In this document: one piece after another, positions 43,566 to 53,602 of the stretch
Layout of the letters: each line of letters starts with the position of its first letter
Position numbering within the stretch: position 1 is the stretch's first letter
Assembly: GCA_043825875.1 (NCBI GenBank)
Contig: JBDRRF010000028.1
Span: forward strand, 1-62,489
DNA: 62,489 nucleotides
Direction: 5' to 3'
From: Pseudomonadota bacterium
Lineage (GTDB): Bacteria; Desulfobacterota; Desulfobacteria; Desulfobacterales; RPRI01
Position numbers and translations under genes: made by a program
The notes under the pieces: generated by a model
The model's input: only the letters and a program-made list of their open reading frames with translations
The model's database searches: none
Told to the model about the DNA's origin: nothing

Positions 43566-46500
43566 TTAATCAACATAGAGCCTGTCCAGCACTTCTCTCA
43601 CCTTGCGTCCCAGAGACTCTGGTGAGAAGGGTTTAGCTATAAATATCTTTCCCGGATCAAGCACCCCATGATGTACAATAGCATTATCCGTGTAGCCGGA
43701 CATATAAAGTACTGCCATTTCGGGTCTATTGGATTTTAATTTTTCCTCCATGTCCCGGCTGCTTATTCCGGGCATGATAACGTCCGTTAATATAAGGTGA
43801 ATGGAACCCTGATAGTCTTCGGAAACTTTAACAGCTTCTTCACCGTTTAAAGCTGTCAGAACTTTATAACCATATCCCTTGAGTACTTTTACAATAAAAT
43901 TAAGTACCAACTCATCATCCTCCACAACAAGAATGGTTTCCGAACCGGTCAGGGAATCTGTTGTTTTAGCCTCCCGCTCTGTTTTAGATGACGGTTTCTC
44001 AACCCGGGGCAGATAAATCTTGAATGTGGTTCCTTTTTCAGGCTCGCTGTAAACCCAGATATTACCGTTGCTTTGCTTTATGATACCGTAAACGGTGGAA
44101 AGTCCAAGGCCCGTTCCCTTCCCTTTTCCCTTTGTTGTAAAAAACGGCTCAAAAATATGGGCTTGATTTTCTTTTGGGATACCTACTCCCGTATCGCTTA
44201 TACTTAACATTGCATAAGGACCTGGTTTTACAGCCACATGAGCGTTTGCATATTCTTCGTCTATATTTATATTTTCCGTCTCTATGGTAATCTTTCCACC
44301 CTTAGGCATAGCATCCCTGGCATTTACCACAAGATTCATTATAACCTGCTCAATCTGACTCTCATCAACCTCAATTTGTCCCAAATCCGGAGATAAAATT
44401 GTTTTCAGTTCAATGTTTTCTCCAATCAACCGGCAAAGCATTTTTTCCATAGCCAACGCTATTTCATTGAGGTTTACTACCGTGGGTTGAAGAACCTGCT
44501 TCCGACTGAAAGCCAAGAGCTGCCGGGTCAGTGAAGCAGCGCGTTCACCTGCATCCTTGATATCCTTAATCCCTTCCCGAGCAGAATCATCCTTGGAAAT
44601 TCCCATAAGGGACACCTCCGCATTCCCTATAATCGTTGTAAGAAGATTATTGAAGTCATGGGCAATACCTCCTGAAAATAGGCCAATAGCCTCAAGCTTC
44701 TGAGACTGCCGCAACTGCTCTTCCAGACTCTTTCTTTCTGAAATATCTCTGGCAATGCCCATCACCATTTTCCGGCCTTTTATTTCCAGAGGGAACGTCC
44801 TGAATTCAGCATATCTCTGCTTTCCGTCTTTTCGATTGGTAATAAATTCTTCCGGCCCGGCAGGAAGACCCTGGGCATTTTTATCTAAAAATTTTGCTGC
44901 TTTTTCGGCTGATTCCGGTGGAATCAGCGATAATTCCGCTAAAGACTTCCCTATGAGTTCTTCTTTGCTGTAACCTATCATCTTCTCTGCAGCCAAGTTG
45001 CAGTCAATAAACCTGCCTTCAAGATCATGCAGGTAAATAGCATCGGGTGCATATTCAAACAGAATCTTAAACCGCTCTTCGCTCTCTTTGAGTGCATCAT
45101 CGGATTTCTTTTTTTCTGTGACATCTGTAACAAAACCCACAGTGCAAAAGATTCCATCGATCGATGTAATTGTTGTATTTAAATCTACATAGATGATTGC
45201 CCCATCTTTTTTGATACATGAGATATTTTTTACCAGCCCCCCACCCTTTCTCTCCAGCTCTGTAAATTCCGGAATCAAACTGTCAAAATCATTTTGGGGG
45301 TGAATGTCCATAACATTCATTCTTTTTAATTCATCCTGCGTATATCCCAGCATCTTGCATATAGCCGGATTAGCATACTGGAATTCCCTGTTTTCCATAT
45401 CAATTATTAAAATACCTTCGGCTGCGCCTTCAAACAGGGTTCTGTATCTTGCTTCCGAATAGCTTAACTCTTTGACTATTTCCCTTTGTTTTTCTTCCTG
45501 CTCAATATTATAAAGACCGAAGGCAATGTCATCTGCAACCTCGTGAAATAAGGCCTGTTCTTCCTGATCCAGGGAAAAGGATTGAGGCACTAAAGCTGTA
45601 AGAATCCCATAGACTTTTCCGCCGTACTCAAGTTTTACACAAAAAGATGCATTACCTGTATAAATGGGTAAAATGGGGCAATCCGAACATTCAATGGGCC
45701 TGTTCGTTGTGATCACAACTTCGCTTTGGGCCAAAGCTTTTCGTATGCATTGGGGAAATTGACTCCTTTTAAGAAAATCTTTCAATTGCCCGAATTTTTC
45801 CCCGAGGCCTGACTCTTCAATATGTATGGGCTTTCCGGATGAATCCAAAAGTAAGATCCATGCGCTTGTGAAGCCACGGGTTGCAACAAGATTCTCACAC
45901 GCACCTTTTACCAGAAGGTCACGATCTTTCTCCTTGGTTATGAGCTGGTTGACTTTTCTAATCGCTTTGATTATAGCGTTTAAATGATTCGCCCGCTCTT
46001 CAGCCTGTTTTTTTTCCGTGATATCCATTGAAAGCATAAAGATTCCTTCTGGAACAGGCTGGATGCTCATATAAAACCACATCTTATCGCCATCAGGGAA
46101 AGTAAATTCATTTTCCATGGAAACGGAACTGCGTTCATTCATACAACGCTGCATAACAGCAAATTCTTCCGTATATTCGATACCTGGAAATACATCCATT
46201 ACTTTACGACCAAGCATTTCCTCTTTAGTAAGACGGCATTGCCTGATGGTTTCTTCGTTTACATAAAGATAGCGCCAGTCAAAACCTACAATCTCGCAAC
46301 CTTCCATCATACTGTCAAGTACGCTGCGATAGCGATCTTCACTTGCCTGCAAAGCCTCTGCTGCTTCATATTTATCCTTGTAGAATGTGGACTGATTACG
46401 GCGCCATATAATGCCAATTCCAGCACCCGTCACCATAAGCAAAGTACCTATAAGAATAATTATTGTCCATAATTGTTCTTTTAATGGAGCATATATTTCA

Positions 46501-47396
46501 GTTTTATCCATTTTTGAGACAATAAACCAGGGGGAATCGGGTATAGACCGCACAAAAGCAACCACCGGTACTCCGCGGTAGTCTATTCCTTCAACTATTC
46601 CTTCAATTCCCAAAGCTGCTTTAGAAGCAGGCAAATCACTTTTTGGGTTTATGGGAATTCTCAGGTTAAGACTTGTTTTATTTTGGAATCTCAGCTCGTT
46701 TAAGAATAGCACATCATCCGCATCTCTCCTGATTAAAAGAGTTTCAGCAGTACTACTTTCCACAGGCCAGGATTTGATTAAAGGATAAAGGTAAGTTTCA
46801 GGATTTATTCTAAGGATAAGAACACCCAAAGGAAGATTACCATTTTCTTCATATAAGATAGGAACAAGGACCGATTGGTAAATAGGACTCCCTGGCGAAT
46901 CTCGATGGAAACCAATAAAAGTCACTTTACCTGAGTCAAGTACTTCAATAACATCTCGCAGAAGTTGGGGAGCAATCGGTTCTATTGATTCCGGATCAGA
47001 CGCGCGCACTATACCACTGACATCTGTTAAAAATACCCGGTCATACTGATAGGCAGTCCGAATCTTGCTAAGCCATGTCTCCAGTCTCTTTTTTGCATCA
47101 GTGTCAAGTGGTTTTTTAAGATATTTACTTACCAGAGAGGAAAAATTGTCGTTTTTATAATATACAGAGGCATCTCCCAGACGTTCCTTTCTCCAATTCA
47201 CAATTTCCGACACTTTCAAATCCGCAATAGAAGAAAGCTGGCTTTCCACACCGGCCCGGAAATTTTTCTCCTGATTGCTATAGTAAAAATATCCTGCTGC
47301 TATAATGCCTATTGTAAGAATTATATAAAGTAAGATCGGAATATATGAAAAATATTTCCCAGTGCGATCCATAGTTTTTGATGTGTCAACTATCAT
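43566..47396 (-). CDS. Hybrid histidine kinase (2 TM with Cache-like domain, PAS, GAF, 2 PAS, HisKA, HATPase, REC)
   Basis: GIDYRGVPV periplasmic motif, GGIAHDFNN and REC. Kinase/REC DNA is near-identical to 38105-39230. Confidence 0.95.
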   Translation of the reverse strand: MIVDTSKTMDRTGKYFSYIPILLYIILTIGIIAAGYFYYSNQEKNFRAGVESQLSSIADLKVSEIVNWRKERLGDASVYYKNDNFSSLVSKYLKKPLDTDAKKRLETWLSKIRTAYQYDRVFLTDVSGIVRASDPESIEPIAPQLLRDVIEVLDSGKVTFIGFHRDSPGSPIYQSVLVPILYEENGNLPLGVLILRINPETYLYPLIKSWPVESSTAETLLIRRDADDVLFLNELRFQNKTSLNLRIPINPKSDLPASKAALGIEGIVEGIDYRGVPVVAFVRSIPDSPWFIVSKMDKTEIYAPLKEQLWTIIILIGTLLMVTGAGIGIIWRRNQSTFYKDKYEAAEALQASEDRYRSVLDSMMEGCEIVGFDWRYLYVNEETIRQCRLTKEEMLGRKVMDVFPGIEYTEEFAVMQRCMNERSSVSMENEFTFPDGDKMWFYMSIQPVPEGIFMLSMDITEKKQAEERANHLNAIIKAIRKVNQLITKEKDRDLLVKGACENLVATRGFTSAWILLLDSSGKPIHIEESGLGEKFGQLKDFLKRSQFPQCIRKALAQSEVVITTNRPIECSDCPILPIYTGNASFCVKLEYGGKVYGILTALVPQSFSLDQEEQALFHEVADDIAFGLYNIEQEEKQREIVKELSYSEARYRTLFEGAAEGILIIDMENREFQYANPAICKMLGYTQDELKRMNVMDIHPQNDFDSLIPEFTELERKGGGLVKNISCIKKDGAIIYVDLNTTITSIDGIFCTVGFVTDVTEKKKSDDALKESEERFKILFEYAPDAIYLHDLEGRFIDCNLAAEKMIGYSKEELIGKSLAELSLIPPESAEKAAKFLDKNAQGLPAGPEEFITNRKDGKQRYAEFRTFPLEIKGRKMVMGIARDISERKSLEEQLRQSQKLEAIGLFSGGIAHDFNNLLTTIIGNAEVSLMGISKDDSAREGIKDIKDAGERAASLTRQLLAFSRKQVLQPTVVNLNEIALAMEKMLCRLIGENIELKTILSPDLGQIEVDESQIEQVIMNLVVNARDAMPKGGKITIETENINIDEEYANAHVAVKPGPYAMLSISDTGVGIPKENQAHIFEPFFTTKGKGKGTGLGLSTVYGIIKQSNGNIWVYSEPEKGTTFKIYLPRVEKPSSKTEREAKTTDSLTGSETILVVEDDELVLNFIVKVLKGYGYKVLTALNGEEAVKVSEDYQGSIHLILTDVIMPGISSRDMEEKLKSNRPEMAVLYMSGYTDNAIVHHGVLDPGKIFIAKPFSPESLGRKVREVLDRLYVD

Positions 47397-47570
47397 TGTG
47401 CTTTCCCCCGCTTGCCATACGAAATGGCTTTTAGATCGCTTTAATTAAAGAAAAAGAACATAATCCGATTAAATATTTTCTTTGGTTATTAATGATTTGT
47501 CAAGAAAATTATGGTTTTTTTGCAATAATTATTTATGCTTAAAGCGTTTGGAATACGGTTGTCTGATAGT

Positions 47571-47717
47571 TAGTGTCCATCCGGAAATGGCAGATTGCGG
47601 TTCAGATCAAGGCCGCAGCGTTTTTGAAAACACTGGCGGAATGGGCTTACGTTGAGTATTTCAAAAACGTGAGAACGCAGATATGGGTCGCAAGATGCTG
47701 TTTATTGATATACACTA
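47571..47717. repeat. ~147-bp imperfect palindrome, with a truncated second copy at 47818-47869
   Basis: TAGTGT...ACACTA ends with internal CAAGG and AACGCAG. The left arm is repeated as TAGTGTCCGTCCAGAAATGGTAGATTGCGGTTCAGATCAAGG. Confidence 0.7.
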
Positions 47718-47883
47718 GTTAGTTAAATGAAGATATTTAGGCTCTATGGATTGAATAAAAGAAACAGGTAAGTGTCCTATCAAAAAAATGTATGAGGAGA
47801 CGGTTTGAAATCCTACTTAGTGTCCGTCCAGAAATGGTAGATTGCGGTTCAGATCAAGGTTTTGAAAAACAAGAGCTGTTTTT

Positions 47884-47914
47884 CAGAAGGCCCCTAAGCT
47901 AAAGGGGCCTTCTG
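47884..47914 (-). terminator. Strong hairpin right after the double-REC regulator stop
   Basis: CAGAAGGCCCCT-7 nt-AGGGGCCTTCTG, a perfect 12-bp stem with a weak U-tract. Confidence 0.55.
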
Positions 47915-47921
47915 GAAATAA

Positions 47922-49586
47922 TTAGGCTGCGATACGTAACGCTTTTTCGGTTGCGGTTCTAAGTTCGCCAGGAGTGAATGGTTTGGCTATGTAATCTACA
48001 GCGCCAAATCTGGCGGCTTCAACAGCAGTTTCTATGCTTGCATAACCTGTAACGATTATTACTCTCGCATCAGGCTGATTACTTCTTACAGCCTTTAAAA
48101 GCTCAAGCCCTTCAACGCCGGGGATTCTAAGGTCAAGCAGAACCAGACCGTACTGACCTGAGCTGATTTTTTCAATAGCCTGATTCTTGTCCGAAGCCTG
48201 ATCAATCTTATAACCTTTTTTGGCCAAAATCTTACGCATATTGTTATTTACGGCCACTTCATCATCAATGATAAGAACGGTGTTTGACAAATCAGCATCT
48301 ATTTGTTTGATACGATCTGCCTTTTCGCTTTTTTCAAGAAGAGCAGCAACATTCTTTTTAAGTTGTTCATAAGGTACCATAGAAGTGCCATCCGACTGAA
48401 GGTTCATGGCGTATTCAACTCCGGCGGTTTTAGCGACTTCTTCAAAATCAAACGGCATATCAATGCCGATCAGTTTTTTGATGTCCTGCTTCGGCGCAAC
48501 ATCTCCCGAAACCTTTTTGGCTTTTTTCTTTTGCGGGCAAAGGCTGGATTTAACTCCTGGCTTACAGGTATTACCAAGTTTTTTAAAGATATCACAAACC
48601 ATCTCTCCAACAAGGCAGTAATTCTCTATAGGTTGATCCGCTTTAACCTCAACTACCTGAGTGTCAGACCGCCCAAGGGTTTCGACATATTCTTTGCCGG
48701 TTGCCTGTTCTACTTCATTTCGGTCAAACGGCATATCAACATCAATCATACCGTCATTTTTCACCTTAAGACTATCTACTCTTTTCTTTAATGTTTCATA
48801 CGGTACAAAAGAAAGTCCTTCATGATAAAGATTAGTCACATATTCAGGACCTGTTACAGAAACTACTTCATCATAATTAAATGGCATATCAACACCAATA
48901 AGTTTGGATGTATCCGTTTTCTTGGTTTTAGCAGATGATGTCTTGCCTTTTTTTTGGGGACATGCACTTGTTTTTACACCCGCTTTACAGGTTGCCCCGA
49001 GCTTCTTAAAAATCTCACACACCATATCACCAACCATACAATAATGTTCCAGAGTTGTGACAGGCTTTACCTCGAAAACAGGCATATCTGAAGGCCCAAG
49101 GCTTTTGACATATTCTTCACCTGTATACTTTGCTACTTCATCTGCTTCAAAGGGCATATCAAAATCAATTACATCTATGGTTTCAACTTCTTCAGCAGGT
49201 GCCTGAAACTTTGGCAGATCGCCTTTCAATGCATGAGAAACAGTGCTTCTCAGTTCATCCGGAGTAAAAGGTTTGGGCAGATAGTCAAGTGCTCCCAGCC
49301 GGATGGCTTTCATGGCCGTGTCTGTAGAAGCATAAGCTGTCATCATTAAAGACTTCATTTCCGGATAATCTATTTTAACCTTTTTTAAAAGCTCCAATCC
49401 ATTCATTTCCGGCATTACAAGATCTGAAATAACAAGCGAATAGGATTCTGTAGACATTTTATCCAGGGCTTCTTTGGCACTAAGCGCACAAGACACATCA
49501 TAATTATTTTTAGATAATATCTTTACTACATTCTGGCAAATGCCTTGTTCATCATCAACAACCATAATTCTTGGCATAGGTTCCAT
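47922..49586 (-). CDS. Response regulator with two REC domains flanking a duplicated Cys-rich domain
   Basis: REC at both ends. Two C-x6-C-x9-C-x8-C motifs and four DMPF..EV...G.EY repeats. Confidence 0.9.
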   Translation of the reverse strand: MEPMPRIMVVDDEQGICQNVVKILSKNNYDVSCALSAKEALDKMSTESYSLVISDLVMPEMNGLELLKKVKIDYPEMKSLMMTAYASTDTAMKAIRLGALDYLPKPFTPDELRSTVSHALKGDLPKFQAPAEEVETIDVIDFDMPFEADEVAKYTGEEYVKSLGPSDMPVFEVKPVTTLEHYCMVGDMVCEIFKKLGATCKAGVKTSACPQKKGKTSSAKTKKTDTSKLIGVDMPFNYDEVVSVTGPEYVTNLYHEGLSFVPYETLKKRVDSLKVKNDGMIDVDMPFDRNEVEQATGKEYVETLGRSDTQVVEVKADQPIENYCLVGEMVCDIFKKLGNTCKPGVKSSLCPQKKKAKKVSGDVAPKQDIKKLIGIDMPFDFEEVAKTAGVEYAMNLQSDGTSMVPYEQLKKNVAALLEKSEKADRIKQIDADLSNTVLIIDDEVAVNNNMRKILAKKGYKIDQASDKNQAIEKISSGQYGLVLLDLRIPGVEGLELLKAVRSNQPDARVIIVTGYASIETAVEAARFGAVDYIAKPFTPGELRTATEKALRIAA

Positions 49587-49671
49587 ATCGCTCCTCCTTA
49601 TCTTGTGTTGTGTTTTATATATAAATTGATATTAAATTTTAAAATTGAAATAACTTTTTACTTTATTTTAA

Positions 49672-49687
49672 AGCAGAATATATGCCA
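49672..49687 (-). promoter_or_regulatory. Sigma-54 -24/-12 promoter of the double-REC regulator
   Basis: Minus strand TGGCATATATTCTGCT. Candidate enhancer sites GTATAGAAAAGATATAC (~49764) and GTACAAAAAAAATATAC (~49844). Confidence 0.7.
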
Positions 49688-49884
49688 AAAAATCATAAAC
49701 GCTGTTTTGCATAGTATATCAATTGGTTAAATGATTTACTTGTGATGTGATTTTTTTAAAAGTGTATAGAAAAGATATACGAAATTTATAAAACAATGGG
49801 AGGATTTTGTATGTTCTTATTGAAATGTATTGTAATCAAGTGTGTACAAAAAAAATATACAGTGTACAAAAACGAGTGGGGTAA

Positions 49885-51336
49885 TTAAGAAAGGTTCTTT
49901 TTAGGTGGCCTGAGAATTTTATGTTTTTTCATCAGGGCCTGAAAATTCGTACGCTGAATGCCGGTTTTTTCCGCCGCAAGAGTTACATTCCAGTTATGCT
50001 GTGTTAGTGCGTTTAATATAAAGTTTCTTTCAAGCTGTTGTGAAACCTGTTGTCTTAGTTCTTGCTTTTTTTGTTTTAACTCTTCATTGGTCACAGGCGT
50101 TACAGCAAGCAGGTTCTCCGGATTGATGATTACAGATTCCGGCTCATTGCTATCAGCAAAAACTTCTATCTCAGGAAAATGATTTGATTCAAGGATTTCT
50201 CCTTCACAAAGAATTACCGCCCTTTCTATAATGTTTTTCAGCTGGCGGACATTTCCAGGCCAATTATATGACATAAGCCTCTGCAACGCTTCAGGCGCAA
50301 TAGTTTTAACCAATTTATTAATTTGTTCGCTAAAAAGCTTTAAAAAACGTTCCGAAATTTCCGGAAGATCTGAAAGTATCTCGCGCAATGGTGGAGTATT
50401 TATCGGATATACCATAATACGGTAGTAAAAGTCTTTGCGGAATATTTTCTCATCAACCATTTTTGCAAGATCCTGGTTAGTGGCAAAAATCAAGCGTATA
50501 TCTACTTTTTGAACTTTATCTCCGCCAACAGGAATAAACTCCCTGTTTTCAAGGAACCGTAAAAGTTTCCCCTGAATTTCATAACTGATATTGCTGATTT
50601 CATCTAAAAACACAGTACCTTTATTTGCACGCTCAAATATGCCGTCTTTATCCTGATATGCACCGGTAAAGGCCCCCTTTACATGACCGAATAATTCACT
50701 GGAGAGAAGATTGTCAGACAAAGTTCCGCAATCCACTGCAAAAAACACTTCTTCCTTCCGATTGCTGTTGGCATGTACTGCACGGGCAACAAGTTCTTTT
50801 CCTGTGCCACTTTCACCGTAAATCAGAACCGTTGAATCAGTTGGAGCAACTTTCTGTATCATGGAAACTACCTGCCGGATTTTGGGATTTTTTCCTATAA
50901 GCTGGTGAGAAAGTCTTTTGATCTGTCGGGCTGATTCATGGAAGGGTTGTTCCGTATCTATGCGTCTTGCAGAAAGCGCCTGCCGGACAACCGAACGAAG
51001 CTCAACAGGAGTAAAAGGTTTTGGCAGGTAGTCAAAAGCTCCCAGCTTCATAACCTCAACAGCCGATGAAATCGATGCATATCCGGTAATGATAATCACT
51101 TTTGTATCAGGGTATTTCTCTTTGATGCTTCTTAATAATTCCATACCTCCCATGCGGCTCATCTTAAGATCCGTTATCACTACATCAAAAGGTATGGTTT
51201 TCATCATAGCCAGTGCATCATATCCATTTTGGACATAATGGACTTCAAGATCATTTTTTGTAAGAATTTTTAAGCAGGCATTGCCAATATTTACTTCATC
51301 ATCAACAATCAATACCCTGGGAAGTTTATCATTCAT
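49885..51336 (-). CDS. NtrC-family sigma-54 response regulator
   Basis: REC, GESGTGKE, GAFTGA, FLDEI, WPGNVRQL and HTH. Confidence 0.95.
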   Translation of the reverse strand: MNDKLPRVLIVDDEVNIGNACLKILTKNDLEVHYVQNGYDALAMMKTIPFDVVITDLKMSRMGGMELLRSIKEKYPDTKVIIITGYASISSAVEVMKLGAFDYLPKPFTPVELRSVVRQALSARRIDTEQPFHESARQIKRLSHQLIGKNPKIRQVVSMIQKVAPTDSTVLIYGESGTGKELVARAVHANSNRKEEVFFAVDCGTLSDNLLSSELFGHVKGAFTGAYQDKDGIFERANKGTVFLDEISNISYEIQGKLLRFLENREFIPVGGDKVQKVDIRLIFATNQDLAKMVDEKIFRKDFYYRIMVYPINTPPLREILSDLPEISERFLKLFSEQINKLVKTIAPEALQRLMSYNWPGNVRQLKNIIERAVILCEGEILESNHFPEIEVFADSNEPESVIINPENLLAVTPVTNEELKQKKQELRQQVSQQLERNFILNALTQHNWNVTLAAEKTGIQRTNFQALMKKHKILRPPKKNLS

Positions 51337-52802
51337 TATTTTTCCTTCAAACCTGCAGGAAGTACTATGGTAAATGTAGTTCCATGCCCAGGTTTGCTGC
51401 TCACATCAATAGCGCCGCCATGCTGCTCAATAATACCGCTTGTGATGGATAAACCAAGCCCGGTACCATCCTCTTTTGTGGAGAAAAACGGATCAAATAT
51501 TTTATCTATTACTTCAAAGGGTATCCCCTTACCTGTATCACTAACCATTATTATGACTTGATCTTTAGCGGATTTATACGAAACGGACAAAGTTATACTT
51601 CCTCCGGGATCTACTGCATCAGTAGCATTTAAAACCAGATTGATAACCGCCTGCTCAATTTGCCCCTTGTCAAAAAGCAACTTTGGTATTGAATCAGTAC
51701 AATTAAAATTAATTGTGATATTTTTAAAAGCAGCTTGTTTTCTGGTCAGCAAAGCGCACTCTTCCATAATCTCACAGATATCATATTGCTTTTTTTCGGG
51801 TTTGGATTGGCGGGCAAAATTTAAAAGGCTGGTAACAATTTTACGGCAACGCAAAGTCTCACTGGAGATAATGTCCAGTTCCTGATAAATGGGGTTGTCT
51901 TTTTGAAGATCTTCCTGAATCAGCATGGCTGTTGTCAAAATGGTTGTGAGAGGATTGTTTATTTCATGCGCCACACCTGCTGCAAGCCTGCCTATGGAAG
52001 CCAGTTTGTCCTGCTGTAACATGGATTTTTGCATCTTTACATCACGGGTAACGTCCCGCGATAACTCAATTACACCTGTTACTTTTTCATTCTCAATAAG
52101 TGGATAACATGAAATCAAACAATATATTTCATTACTGTCTTTATCCAGATGAATATGAGTTGCCTGAGAAGATGTTCTATTTGAGATCGATTCAACAAGC
52201 GGACAGGGATGTTCAAAACCGGAACATGGAGTATCCCTGTGATGTGTAATTTCATAACAATATTTTCCGATAGCATCTTCACGGTTAATGCCCAGTTTAT
52301 TTAACATGGCATTGTTTACATCCTGAATCCGGTAATCGGGTGCAATCTTTATTACTTCTTCATGAATCATCTGGTTAATAAGGACATCGCACATTATTTC
52401 ATTATCATTGTAAAATTTAAGATTCTCGCGCAATCTGACTAATTCTACTGCTCTTTTCATAGCAATTATCAGCAATTCTATATTAACAGGTTTGATTAAA
52501 TAGTTAGAGGCAGTAGTCCTAAGAGCCTTTAAGGCCGCTTTAAGATCATCATTTTCCACAATAAACAGAAATTCAGCATCGGGAATCTTTTTTTTCATCT
52601 TATCAATCTGCTCAATGCTTTTTGTATCCGACATTATAATATCGGCAATAACAATATTAAGCTTTTTTTTGCCGATAAGATCAAAAGCTGTTTCCATGTT
52701 TTCGGCAGCCACAAACTTGTAGCCAACACCGGCAAGTGATTCACCAAGTACTTTATGGATATCCTCATCAAAATTAATCAGAAGAATAGTATAATTGATC
52801 AT
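51336..52802 (-). CDS. Histidine kinase with degenerate REC and Cys/His-rich PAS
   Basis: AGVAHEINNP, GTGLGLSI and CYEITHHRDTPC...HPCP. Confidence 0.92.
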   Translation of the reverse strand: MINYTILLINFDEDIHKVLGESLAGVGYKFVAAENMETAFDLIGKKKLNIVIADIIMSDTKSIEQIDKMKKKIPDAEFLFIVENDDLKAALKALRTTASNYLIKPVNIELLIIAMKRAVELVRLRENLKFYNDNEIMCDVLINQMIHEEVIKIAPDYRIQDVNNAMLNKLGINREDAIGKYCYEITHHRDTPCSGFEHPCPLVESISNRTSSQATHIHLDKDSNEIYCLISCYPLIENEKVTGVIELSRDVTRDVKMQKSMLQQDKLASIGRLAAGVAHEINNPLTTILTTAMLIQEDLQKDNPIYQELDIISSETLRCRKIVTSLLNFARQSKPEKKQYDICEIMEECALLTRKQAAFKNITINFNCTDSIPKLLFDKGQIEQAVINLVLNATDAVDPGGSITLSVSYKSAKDQVIIMVSDTGKGIPFEVIDKIFDPFFSTKEDGTGLGLSITSGIIEQHGGAIDVSSKPGHGTTFTIVLPAGLKEK

Positions 52803-52840
52803 ATCAAGATTTCCGTTTTGTATTATGTTTTAAATCGGTT

Positions 52841-53194
52841 TTATCCTATTGTTCTTTTGAGTATCCCTAGCAGCTTATCCGGATCAAATGGTTTGGGAAG
52901 ATAAGCAACGGCATTTTTTATTGAAAGGTGCCGCCCCGCAAGGCCGCTTATGACTATAACCGGAATATCCTTGAATTCTTCATTTTTTGATATTCTTCTG
53001 TAAAATTTTGTGCCCCATTCTTCATGCATCTGAAGATCAAGAGTTATAAGATCAGGTTTTACCTTTTTTAAAACTTCGCAGCCTTCAATTCCACTCGATG
53101 CGGTTAATGTTTCATAGCCGTTATCATTAAGAATACTTACAATATATTTTACAATTACAGGATCATCATCAATTACAAGAATTTTTTTTGCCAT
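52841..53194 (-). CDS. Single-domain response regulator
   Basis: ILVIDDD, ITLDLQM and LPKP. GAGG RBS before MAKK. Confidence 0.9.
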   Translation of the reverse strand: MAKKILVIDDDPVIVKYIVSILNDNGYETLTASSGIEGCEVLKKVKPDLITLDLQMHEEWGTKFYRRISKNEEFKDIPVIVISGLAGRHLSIKNAVAYLPKPFDPDKLLGILKRTIG

Positions 53195-53602
53195 GGCATA
53201 CCTCGTTTCATGCGTTAAATTCATTAAAATTCATGCATTATTTTGGTTTATATTGTCTTAGATAGTTATCTATTAATATCATATAACAGTAAAATAATAA
53301 ACGAAAGACTTGTAAAAAGTCCATCATAAATGACATTTATGCATCTATAATTTTCCGCATGGCTAAATTAAAGTCTTCTATTCAATACCAATTAAGACGA
53401 TTTCTTATATTCTTAATCAGGTCTTTGCCGGAGAATTAGTATATATCGATTGTAGTTAATTATAATCAATGGAAAATAATCATTTCATTCGCAGACTTAT
53501 CTTATATCCCTTATCGGATAAAAATTATCGGTGACATTATCTTCTAATATGCTATATTTTTAATAATAAACATTAGCTGAATTATAATAAAGGATAAATC
53601 TA

